A stretch of DNA of 64,000 bases, taken from Minisyncoccia bacterium. Lineage in GTDB: Bacteria > Patescibacteriota > Minisyncoccia > Phycocordibacterales > UBA9973. Positions within the stretch are counted from its first letter, which is position 1. The number at the start of each line of letters is the position of its first letter. Positions 38,536 to 46,242 of the stretch are shown piece after piece. Where the stretch lies: assembly GCA_049287305.1 (NCBI GenBank), contig JBAQFO010000009.1:26259-90258 (forward strand), read 5' to 3'. The notes beneath the pieces are model-generated. The model did no database searches. It saw only the letters and a program-made list of their open reading frames with translations, and was not told the origin of the DNA. A program made the position numbers and the translations under genes.

Positions 38536-38901
38536 TTGTCCGCCCCGAATTCCCCCAAAACAAAAAGAGGAGCAAATGGAAAATTCCTCCCCAAACCCCT
38601 CCTTTTCCATTTGCGACATCCGAATTCAAAAAAGATTAGCCGAGTGTTTTGCCAAATCCTTTCCCCAAAAAATAGTTTTGCCAAAACTTCGTCCGCATTG
38701 TTCCGCCACCTGCCTGAATACTTGGAAGGCAGAACCCCGAAAGAAAAACACCCTTTCCTTTTCCAAAAGAAATTTCACCCCCGCCAAATCAAGAAAGCAA
38801 GGAGTGTTTTTCTTTCGGGGTTGCCGAGGCTCTGCGAGGCAGTGGCGGGACGATTCATTCTCGCTCAAAAAAAGTTCGAGCAAATGATATAATGACACCA
38901 C
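38536..38901. repeat. IR1-R: 366-bp inverted repeat partner of 34507-34872
   Basis: See IR1-L. It abuts IR2-L, so the junction reads ...gacacca|ccaaacg. Confidence 0.85.
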
Positions 38902-39029
38902 CAAACGAAACTTGTTCGGAATTAAGAAAGCGGAGCGATTTTGCGGTAGCCAAAATCGCGCTATCATTTTTTTCAAAACCCTTTCCGCCTACGGCGGAAG
39001 CCGTGAATTCCCAAAGCTCCCCCCAATTG
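38898..39029. repeat. IR2-L: ~132-bp inverted repeat partner of 40441-40575
   Basis: The reverse complement of 40441-40575 matches with only a few mismatches. The outer end begins ccacca. Confidence 0.8.
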
Positions 39030-39034
39030 AAATC

Positions 39035-40639
39035 ATGAAAGACCTCAAACCAAAATATTTTCTCTACGCTCGTAAGAGTACAGAAGACGATGACCACCAA
39101 ATAATGTCTATTGAGGCACAGCTTTTTGAATTACATGAATACGCGCGTAGAGAAAATCTTGAAATTCTTGAGGAATTTCAAGAGTCGAAAAGCGCAAAGA
39201 AACCGGGTCGTGAACTATTTAACGAAATGATGGCCCGCATTGAGAAAATGGACGGCGTAGGTATCCTCGCGTGGCATCCTGACCGTCTTGCTCGCAATAG
39301 TGTTGACGGCGGGCGCATCATTTACGCAGTAGACACGACCAAAATAGTTTCTTTGCGTTTTCCGACATTTTGGTTTGAGCCAACTCCGCAAGGGAAATTT
39401 ATGTTGCAGGTGGCGTTCGGACAGAGTAAATATTATTCCGACAATCTTGTTGAGAATATTACTCGTGGTATCCGCCAAAAAGTCCGTCGAGGCGAGTGGT
39501 TGGTGCGCGCTCCCTTTGGCTATGTGAATAATCCGAAAACGAGAAATATTGAACCTCACCCGACTAAATCTCGCATTGTAGTAAAAGCGTTTGAAGAATA
39601 CGCCAAAGGGACGCACACCCTCGGCACTATCGCCGACTTTTTGGCGGATCACGGCGTGAGTACGAAGGGAACGCCACCTGCCAAAGCTTCCGTCGCTCGT
39701 ATGCTCTCCAATCGTGTCTATCTCGGTTTTACTTTTCACAAAGGCGAGTATTACGACGGAAGCTTTGCGCCAATTATTTCTCCGACACTGTTTGAAGCAG
39801 TCCAAAAAATGCTTGCGAAAAAATCTCGTCCTCGCGTGCAAAAAGTGCCAAACCATTTTCCCTTTGCACAATTTGCTCGGTGCGGAGAGTGCGGAAGTAT
39901 GATTACGGCTCAATATGCGACAAATCGTTTTGGCACAAAATATACTTACTATCGCTGTACCAAAAAGAAAGGTGTTTGTCGTCAGCCGTATCTATCTTCT
40001 TCCGCACTCATTTCGCAAGCAAAAAATCTGCTTCAATCAGTGTCGCTTCCTCTTTCAGAAATTGAGAACATGGAAAAACAAATTGACCTATGGGACAAAG
40101 AATCAATTTCAGAAAGAGGAAGTGCTGCCCAAAATCTTAAAACCAAACTTTCCGAAACGAAGGAGAAGCTGGACAAGCTCGTTTCCATTTATCTTGACGG
40201 CGATATTGAACGCGAGATTTACTTACAGCGAAAAGACCTTCTCCTTCGTCAGAAAGCAAAGTTTGAGGAAAGTTTTAAAGATTTTGGACAACAGAGAAAA
40301 AATTGGGTCGAACCCTTGCGGAGTTTCGTTTTGTCTTTGAGAGAAGCCGTTATTTTGGAAAAAAGCGAAAACTATTTCGCATGGAAAGAGTTTTTCCAAA
40401 AAATCGGCTCGAACCCTATTCTCAAAGACAAAACGCTTTCATGCAATTGGGGGGAGCTTTGGGAATTCACGGCTTCCGCCGTAGGCGGAAAGGGTTTTGA
40501 AAAAATTGACAGCGCGATTTTGGCTCCCGCAAAATCGCTCCGTTTTCTTAATTCCGACAATGTTTCGTTTGGTGGACCGTACAGGACTCGAACCTGCCAC
40601 CCCCTCATTGCAAATGAGGTGCTCTACCAGATGAGCTAA
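39035..40639 (+). CDS. Large serine recombinase (second copy, divergent from the first)
   Basis: YARKSTEDD catalytic-serine region, a WHPDRLARN motif, and a zinc ribbon CGECGS...YYRCTKKKGVC followed by coiled-coil-like sequence. The ORF reads through IR2-R and into the tRNA-Ala complement, so the real stop is uncertain. The ATG at 39035 is chosen as the start. Confidence 0.75.
   Translation: MKDLKPKYFLYARKSTEDDDHQIMSIEAQLFELHEYARRENLEILEEFQESKSAKKPGRELFNEMMARIEKMDGVGILAWHPDRLARNSVDGGRIIYAVDTTKIVSLRFPTFWFEPTPQGKFMLQVAFGQSKYYSDNLVENITRGIRQKVRRGEWLVRAPFGYVNNPKTRNIEPHPTKSRIVVKAFEEYAKGTHTLGTIADFLADHGVSTKGTPPAKASVARMLSNRVYLGFTFHKGEYYDGSFAPIISPTLFEAVQKMLAKKSRPRVQKVPNHFPFAQFARCGECGSMITAQYATNRFGTKYTYYRCTKKKGVCRQPYLSSSALISQAKNLLQSVSLPLSEIENMEKQIDLWDKESISERGSAAQNLKTKLSETKEKLDKLVSIYLDGDIEREIYLQRKDLLLRQKAKFEESFKDFGQQRKNWVEPLRSFVLSLREAVILEKSENYFAWKEFFQKIGSNPILKDKTLSCNWGELWEFTASAVGGKGFEKIDSAILAPAKSLRFLNSDNVSFGGPYRTRTCHPLIANEVLYQMS
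40441..40575. repeat. IR2-R: inverted repeat whose outer 6 bp are the CCACCA 3' terminus of tRNA-Ala
   Basis: Seen in sequence: ...gtttcgtttggtgg|accgtacagg, where the reverse complement of tggtgg is the discriminator A plus CCA of the tRNA. Confidence 0.8.
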
Positions 40640-40645
40640 CGGCCC
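40570..40645 (-). tRNA. tRNA-Ala(UGC), CCA encoded
   Basis: GGGCCGT-TA-GCTC-ATCTGGTA-GAGC-A-CCTCA-TTTGCAA-TGAGG-GGGTG-GCAGG-TTCGAGT-CCTGT-ACGGTCC-A-CCA. The G3:U70 Ala identity pair is present. Confidence 0.85.
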
Positions 40646-40653
40646 AATATTTG

Positions 40654-40890
40654 CTATACTAGCACCTTTTTTAAAAACTTTCTACCTGCTGCTGACTTTA
40701 AATACAATTCTCTTTCTCTAGCTGTCTTAAAGTCATTAATCTCTTCTTTGTAGACAAGTTCCAACTCTTTCGTTTTACTTGTCGTTTTCGTATGACCGCT
40801 TTTATGTTCTTGTAACCTTCTTTTTATATCATTCGTAAATCCTTTATAAACTTTATTATTTTTATCTTTTAACACATAAACTGTGTACAT
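40654..40890 (-). CDS. GIY-YIG nuclease-domain protein (YhbQ/UPF0213-like)
   Basis: MYTVYVLKDKNNKVYKGFTNDIKRRLQEH: GIY...YIG plus Arg and Glu, in a 78-aa protein. Confidence 0.65.
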   Translation of the reverse strand: MYTVYVLKDKNNKVYKGFTNDIKRRLQEHKSGHTKTTSKTKELELVYKEEINDFKTARERELYLKSAAGRKFLKKVLV

Positions 40891-40911
40891 AATAAATAAT
40901 TTTTACTAGAT

Positions 40912-40958
40912 GAGCCCCGCCCGACTGAATGGCTTCAGCCGTTCGGGCGGGTAACGGC
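40912..40958. repeat. Structured palindromic ~47-bp element, copy 1 (inverted copy at 57759-57806)
   Basis: gagccccgcccgactgaatggcttcagccgttcgggcgggtaacggc. It shares gagccccgcccgactgaa ... cgttcgggc.ggtaa with the second copy. Confidence 0.5.
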
Positions 40959-41070
40959 CCATAACAAAGATATTCTATATTATTTCCCCAATAATGCAAA
41001 TACTGCCATAAAAAAATTCTTTGACAATGAAGGGGAAAAGGATTAGATTACCTAAAGGAGGTGTTGTCAA

Positions 41071-41397
41071 GTGAAAAACCTGAACAGGCTGCTCGGTGAG
41101 CTCGCCCATCAGGGCGTGATCAGCAACACCGTAGGGTTGTTCTTACGAGAGTTCTTTGAGGACATGCACCTCAAAGACGACATACGGGAGGAAGAGATCA
41201 CCTATCTCCTTAGAGATATGTCGGCGTGGGACTTTGATATATCGTCCTGCTCAACCGACTTCCTCTCTGGGAGATTCTACCAGCAGATTCCCTCTATGCT
41301 CGCCAAGGGGGCATTCAACAAGAACATCTCATCCGCAGATCTGGATAAGATGTCGTATATCTTCTGTCGCGTGCATGGGGCGATTGATACAAACTAA
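41071..41397 (+). CDS. Hypothetical protein, GC-rich (~50%), GTG start
   Basis: 108-aa ORF with a clear terminator (gggaggcccttttcactaaggcctccc) at 41400-41428. Its composition differs from the flanks. Confidence 0.4.
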   Translation: MKNLNRLLGELAHQGVISNTVGLFLREFFEDMHLKDDIREEEITYLLRDMSAWDFDISSCSTDFLSGRFYQQIPSMLAKGAFNKNISSADLDKMSYIFCRVHGAIDTN

Positions 41398-41450
41398 CGG
41401 GAGGCCCTTTTCACTAAGGCCTCCCAGTTTTGTTTTTTATTTAATTTTGT

Positions 41451-41735
41451 TTACTGAGGAGAAGATTCTGAAGATATTTCCGTTAACACTCTCTGGGCTA
41501 ATCCTTTTGCCCATTTCATCTCTTGAACTTCATGGTCAGGGTCTCTGAGGCCTCGAAGGGTATCTTGGTCCCAGCCTTCTTTTACTTTTTTTCGAAAGTC
41601 AGCATTTTGCATTAACGCAATTGCCCTCCTTTTCACTTCAGGCTTAAGGGTTTCCATTCCGTTTAAAACACTTACCGCATCTTCCGTAATCCTAGAATAC
41701 AAATCCTTCATTCCTGCTTCCATGCTTTTATTCAT
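41451..41735 (-). CDS. Hypothetical protein
   Basis: 94-aa ORF. Confidence 0.3.
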   Translation of the reverse strand: MNKSMEAGMKDLYSRITEDAVSVLNGMETLKPEVKRRAIALMQNADFRKKVKEGWDQDTLRGLRDPDHEVQEMKWAKGLAQRVLTEISSESSPQ

Positions 41736-42015
41736 AAAATTTTTTCTAATTAATTCTAATAATTCAGACCCACCTTTACATTATACCATACTTAGTATAA
41801 AAATGCAAGTAGTTAACTGCCCTTCTTTTTTACCCTTAAATTATACACTAAAATAGCACACAAAACAAAACCCCGCCTTGCGGCGGGGTTTTGCGGCACT
41901 TATGTTGTTTACGATAAATGTGAGAACACCTCACACTCACAAGACGAGTATAGCATATATCAAATAAAAAAGCAAGCCCCACAGAAAAATCCTCTCTTTC
42001 GAGAGGATTTTTCAT

Positions 42016-42360
42016 GTTTCGCCCTGTGTTTTATAAGCCGAATTCTGTGACCTTGACCGAAGCCAAGGTGATAGCGATTTGTCTAGGCCTGCGATTACTC
42101 GCAAGCTCAAGCGATTCTCCTCGGCCTAAGCCGAGGCACGATCTTGCACAGAGGTAAGGATTTAGCCGTTTCACCCTGATGTTTCCATCAGATTACCCCT
42201 AACGGGGCCCTAGCCTTTCGGCGTCGGCGTCTCTGCTCGCACCTATGTATTGCTACACACGGGGGTTACCCGCTACCATTCCCACCCTTTGCAGGGCTCG
42301 CTGTGTTCGGACTTTCCTCACTCCGACGTAAATCGGAGCGTAGCTATCAAAATACAGGAC
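42016..42360 (-). ncRNA. rnpB: RNase P RNA (bacterial type A, compact)
   Basis: On the minus strand: GGAAAGTCCG (P4 region), GGGTAACCCCCG (P10/11-like), ACAGAATTCGGCTTATAAAAC (P4 3' strand through the P1 region). The P1 helix pairs CCUGUAUUUU with AAAACACAGG. No ORF spans the region. A terminator hairpin lies at 41988-42010. Confidence 0.8.
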
Positions 42361-42384
42361 TGGAAACAATAATACTACAAATAT

Positions 42385-42843
42385 TTAATATGTAAATACC
42401 GCCACATTCCCCGGCTTTAAGTTATTCTTTTCGGAAAATCCCGCAACAACTTCTAGAACATATTTAGCATCAATTCCCGGGTCAAAAGATTCAGGATAAG
42501 ATCCGGGAGTAGCGTTATCTTTTACGTAAACCACTTTCAAATCTTCCCCTATCCAAATTATATCAATCGGGAAATTCATATCCTTCATCCAGAAAGGATA
42601 GCGTCCAGGATTTTCAAAAACAAAAAGCATACCTTCGTCTTCTCCCAGACCCTCCCGACCACTTAGTCCTTTTTGCAGCTTTTCGTTACTTAAAGCGACG
42701 TCTACAACAACGGCTTTCTCCGCAAGAGTTACCATTTTTATATTGGCTGGCCGATATGTTCTGGTTGTGTAATTAATTACAAAAAATCCTATTACAAAAA
42801 TAATGACTAAAAAAACAATAGCCCAAATGTTCTTTTTTATCAT
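42385..42843 (-). CDS. DUF192 (COG1430) family protein with an N-terminal TM anchor
   Basis: GMLFVFENPGRYPFWMKDMNFPIDIIWI...KVVYV pattern typical of DUF192. Confidence 0.6.
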   Translation of the reverse strand: MIKKNIWAIVFLVIIFVIGFFVINYTTRTYRPANIKMVTLAEKAVVVDVALSNEKLQKGLSGREGLGEDEGMLFVFENPGRYPFWMKDMNFPIDIIWIGEDLKVVYVKDNATPGSYPESFDPGIDAKYVLEVVAGFSEKNNLKPGNVAVFTY

Positions 42844-44261
42844 AGTTTCTTGGGGTCTCCATTCCAGCCAAATATTTTTCCAAGGTCATCAGCGGTTTGT
42901 CTTTTGCGCGATAGCTTCACTTCCCCGTTTTGGCACACCACTAGCGCCGGCTTGGAAATCAGGCAGTGGTTGTTACTCAAGGTGTATTGGTAGCTTCCCG
43001 TATCGTAGACAACCACATACAAATCAGACATGTCTTCTGTCATTTTCGGCAACATGACGTAATTTCCTGAAGCAGTGTATCTGTCGTCCCCATCGCAGGT
43101 AGAACCGGCAAGCCAAACCTTCTGCAACCGCTTGGCGTTAAGGTAGTTGGCCGAAGTAATGTGCCATTTGCGTCTAACTACTGACCAGGTGTCGGTGAGG
43201 TTAGTGATGAAACTTCCATCTATGAAATACCACTTCGTGTCAGCTTTTTTGGCAATATGTTTTTCTTCCAGAACTTTAAAAATGGATATCTGAGACGGGG
43301 CGGTAAAGTAGCTCCCCCATTCGCACACCAGGTTCGGGTGCTTGATGCCGAGTCTTTCGCTCTCCTTTTTAGCGGTTTTTATCATTAAATTCACCAGATT
43401 CTTCACGGAGATAAGTTTCTTTCTTTTCTCATAAGGCACCGCCATTCCTCCGCCAAAATTTATGGTATCTAATCCCGGGTTGGTTTCTCGCAGTTTGGCG
43501 TATAACGGAAACGCGCGCTTGAGAGGCTTGATAAAGCCGTCTATTTTTTCATTCTGGGTGGAGATGTGGTAGTGCAACATGGACAAGTTGCGGATTTTCC
43601 CAATTTTCAAAAGGTCGGCTTCGTCAAAGCCAAAGTGGTTATATTTTTTATCCCAATGCGCATCCACTTTGACATCTAGGTTGACCCGCACGCCCACCTC
43701 TCCCTTAAACTTCTTTAGCTTTTCCATTTCTTCCGCGTTTTCAATAATAGGAATGACTATGAGGCCTTTACTACGAAGCTCTTCTATTAGGCTTATGTAT
43801 TGGTCAGTCTTAGGACCATTGCAGGTAACCCTAAGTTTCCTGTTGAACTTTTCCTGTTCCAACATCCTCTTTACCAAAAAGAGTTCATTGGCGGAAGATA
43901 CTTCAATGTTCGCGCCTTCGGCAATAGCAGTAAGGACAAAGTCTCTGTTCTGGTTGGACTTCATCACATAGTGGTAAAAAAACTTTCCTCTGTAATTTAA
44001 AATTTTAATGTAGGCATTGAAGTATTCCATCAGGTCGCGAACGCGATGTTCCAAAATGTAAGGGAAGAAAACCTCAACTGAAGTTCCGTATTTACGGACA
44101 ATGTCCATGATATTGTATTGGTAGTAGCCTTCCTTCACCACTAATTCTCCATTAGGATTAACATCAAAATGCTGAGTGTTGAACTCATCCATTCCGAGCC
44201 GCCAAAAGTTGCGAAAGTTTTTTGTTGGTTTTTTTCTTTTTTTAGTTTTTTTCTTGACCAT
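42840..44261 (-). CDS. PLP-dependent decarboxylase of the Orn/DAP/Arg family (arginine decarboxylase-like)
   Basis: Fold-III decarboxylase layout: an N-terminal barrel with a YVMKSN-like Lys region, a HYHISTQ motif and a GGGMAVPY Gly-rich loop; 473 aa. Confidence 0.65.
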   Translation of the reverse strand: MVKKKTKKRKKPTKNFRNFWRLGMDEFNTQHFDVNPNGELVVKEGYYQYNIMDIVRKYGTSVEVFFPYILEHRVRDLMEYFNAYIKILNYRGKFFYHYVMKSNQNRDFVLTAIAEGANIEVSSANELFLVKRMLEQEKFNRKLRVTCNGPKTDQYISLIEELRSKGLIVIPIIENAEEMEKLKKFKGEVGVRVNLDVKVDAHWDKKYNHFGFDEADLLKIGKIRNLSMLHYHISTQNEKIDGFIKPLKRAFPLYAKLRETNPGLDTINFGGGMAVPYEKRKKLISVKNLVNLMIKTAKKESERLGIKHPNLVCEWGSYFTAPSQISIFKVLEEKHIAKKADTKWYFIDGSFITNLTDTWSVVRRKWHITSANYLNAKRLQKVWLAGSTCDGDDRYTASGNYVMLPKMTEDMSDLYVVVYDTGSYQYTLSNNHCLISKPALVVCQNGEVKLSRKRQTADDLGKIFGWNGDPKKL

Positions 44262-44307
44262 CTTATTAAAAACTAGTATAGCAATATTGTAGAAAAATGC
44301 AATAAAT

Positions 44308-45618
44308 TTAGGCCAGATACCCCTTCAGGAAGGTTTCTTTAAATTCGTAAAAATTATCATCCAGTATGGATTGCCTGATTTTTTTTACCAAGTTAACTAT
44401 GAAATGCAAATTATGAATAGACGCAAGCGTCCCAGCCAGCATTTCTTTGCCGTGGAATAAGTGGGCGATGTAGCTTCTTGTAAAATTCTTACACGAGTAA
44501 CATTCGCAATCTTCTTCTATGGGTAAATGGTCGTTTCGGAATTTTGTATTCATTATTATTATCTTTCCTTGTTTGGTATAAATGGTCCCATTCCTACCGA
44601 GACGAGTGGGCAGAACGCAGTCAAAAAGGTCCACCCCATTTTCCACTCCCATAAACAAATCTTCCGGCTCCCCAATGCCGAGCAAATGGCGTGGCTTGCC
44701 TTCAGGCAAAACCTCATTCACCCACCGAACCGCCGTAGACATATCTTCCTTGGCAAAAGAACCTCCTATGCCAAAGCCGTCAAAATCAAGCCCCCCAATG
44801 AATGCCGCTGATTTTTTCCGCAAATTTTCATCCCGCCCGCCCTGCACAATGCCAAATAAAGCCGGAGTATTTTTGCTGAGCGGGTTGTGAGCCTGAGCGG
44901 GCAGGGTGTCCGAAGGACGAGCGAAGGCGAATCCCTGAGGCTGGCTCGCTGGGCCAGCCGAAGAAAGCAAAGCAAAAGATACTCCGGCTTCTAAAAGTTT
45001 CTTGTGCTCCACTAGACATCGCTCCGCCCATCGGTGGGTTCGCTCTAATGCTTCTTCTTGATATCTTGAATCTTCGGAAGGGCTGGTGCATTCGTCAAAG
45101 GCAAAGATAATATCCGCGCCCAAGTTGTGCTGAATCTGAATAGATTTCTCAGGAGTAATATAATGAACTGAGCCGTCCAAATGCGATTTAAAAGATACTC
45201 CGTCTTGCCCTATTTTTGCCAGACGTGGAGCATCACTGTCATCAAAACGTTCCGGAATCATGAGTGAAGGGTCTGTGATTCGAACAACCTTGGAGATATC
45301 TTTGCCGTAAGCCGCCCCTAAAGAAAACACTTGGAACCCTCCGGAGTCCGTCATCGTAGGACCTGGCCAATTCATAAATTTTCCTATGCCTCCGGCGTCA
45401 CGGACTATTTCGTCTCCAGGCTGAAGGTAAAGATGGTAAGTATTTCCAAGGACGACTTCCGTTCCAGCGTCACGAACTTGTTCAGGGTTTAAAGATTTAA
45501 TCGTAGCCTTTGTCCCTACCGCCACAAAAGCTGGGGTATGGATATCTCCGTGCGCGGTTTTTATCATACCCACGCGACCTAAACTATTTTTTAATTTTTT
45601 CTCAATCTTGAATTCCAC
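44308..45618 (-). CDS. tgt: Queuine tRNA-ribosyltransferase (tRNA-guanine transglycosylase)
   Basis: VLGNTYHL motif, a catalytic Asp region and a C-terminal Zn site CECYSCKNFTRSYIAHLF. Confidence 0.85.
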   Translation of the reverse strand: MEFKIEKKLKNSLGRVGMIKTAHGDIHTPAFVAVGTKATIKSLNPEQVRDAGTEVVLGNTYHLYLQPGDEIVRDAGGIGKFMNWPGPTMTDSGGFQVFSLGAAYGKDISKVVRITDPSLMIPERFDDSDAPRLAKIGQDGVSFKSHLDGSVHYITPEKSIQIQHNLGADIIFAFDECTSPSEDSRYQEEALERTHRWAERCLVEHKKLLEAGVSFALLSSAGPASQPQGFAFARPSDTLPAQAHNPLSKNTPALFGIVQGGRDENLRKKSAAFIGGLDFDGFGIGGSFAKEDMSTAVRWVNEVLPEGKPRHLLGIGEPEDLFMGVENGVDLFDCVLPTRLGRNGTIYTKQGKIIIMNTKFRNDHLPIEEDCECYSCKNFTRSYIAHLFHGKEMLAGTLASIHNLHFIVNLVKKIRQSILDDNFYEFKETFLKGYLA

Positions 45619-45623
45619 AGTAA

Positions 45624-45905
45624 TTAAAATAATTCAGAATGACTGCCAATGTCAACCAACATTAAAACCAGCTTATCTTTTTCGATTTTGTAGACTAAAA
45701 GCAAATCACCTTTTATATGACACTCGCGAAGACCGGAAGATTCGCCCTGTAACTTATGATCTTTATGTAAAATTGGCAAACTTTTACCTTCAGAGAGTAA
45801 TGCAACTATAAATCGCAAATCTTGGAGAACTGATTGCTTTATTCCTGATTTTTTAATTTTTTTATAGGATTTCTCGAACGATTTAGTTGTTATTAACAAA
45901 TACAT
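45624..45905 (-). CDS. Type II toxin, YafQ/RelE family
   Basis: HIKGDLLLVYKIEKDKLVLMLVDIGSHSELF: conserved YafQ C-terminus; 93 aa. Confidence 0.7.
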   Translation of the reverse strand: MYLLITTKSFEKSYKKIKKSGIKQSVLQDLRFIVALLSEGKSLPILHKDHKLQGESSGLRECHIKGDLLLVYKIEKDKLVLMLVDIGSHSELF

Positions 45906-46169
45906 TTATTTCGAAGAATCTAGATGGTCAAAAAGCTCTTTTGTACTCTTGTACGCCTTACCATGTTTTAACGCATATGCAATTTCTTTTTTCCATCGTG
46001 CCGCCAAGGCTGCCTTGTTTTTCGTAGGTGTAAATGGCAGGCCTTTTTCCTCTATAACCTGGTGTAAAAATATCTTTACCGCGCTCGACATATCAAGCCC
46101 AAGAGAAGACAGGGTCTTATTGGCTTTATTTTTTATATCCTCGTCAATTCTTATGTTTAAAGTAGTCAT
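45906..46169 (-). CDS. Type II antitoxin, DinJ/RelB family
   Basis: MTTLNIRIDEDIKNKANKTLSSLGLDMSSAVKIFL matches the DinJ N-terminal ribbon-helix-helix region. The gene directly precedes the toxin gene. Confidence 0.7.
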   Translation of the reverse strand: MTTLNIRIDEDIKNKANKTLSSLGLDMSSAVKIFLHQVIEEKGLPFTPTKNKAALAARWKKEIAYALKHGKAYKSTKELFDHLDSSK

Positions 46170-46242
46170 ACTACTAGTATATACAATGTAATTACAATGT
46201 CAATACAACTTATCCTCTTCTAAAGCTTGAGGGAATAGTGTT

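Larger units (their letters stand above)
33010..40575. mobile_element. Composite serine-recombinase / inverted-repeat element carrying an R-M-like operon, abutting tRNA-Ala; the broader island may begin near 29.0 kb
   Basis: Two serine recombinases and two pairs of long inverted repeats, with the cargo operon between the IR1 copies. The element is adjacent to tRNA-Ala, and its outer IR incorporates the tRNA 3' end. Confidence 0.55.

Noticed and set aside
38912-39034. N-terminal 41 codons of the ORF-track recombinase-2 ORF (start at 38912)
   Set aside because: This part lies entirely within IR2-L and precedes a good internal ATG (39035) that opens the conserved catalytic region. The upstream extension is probably just open frame in the repeat.
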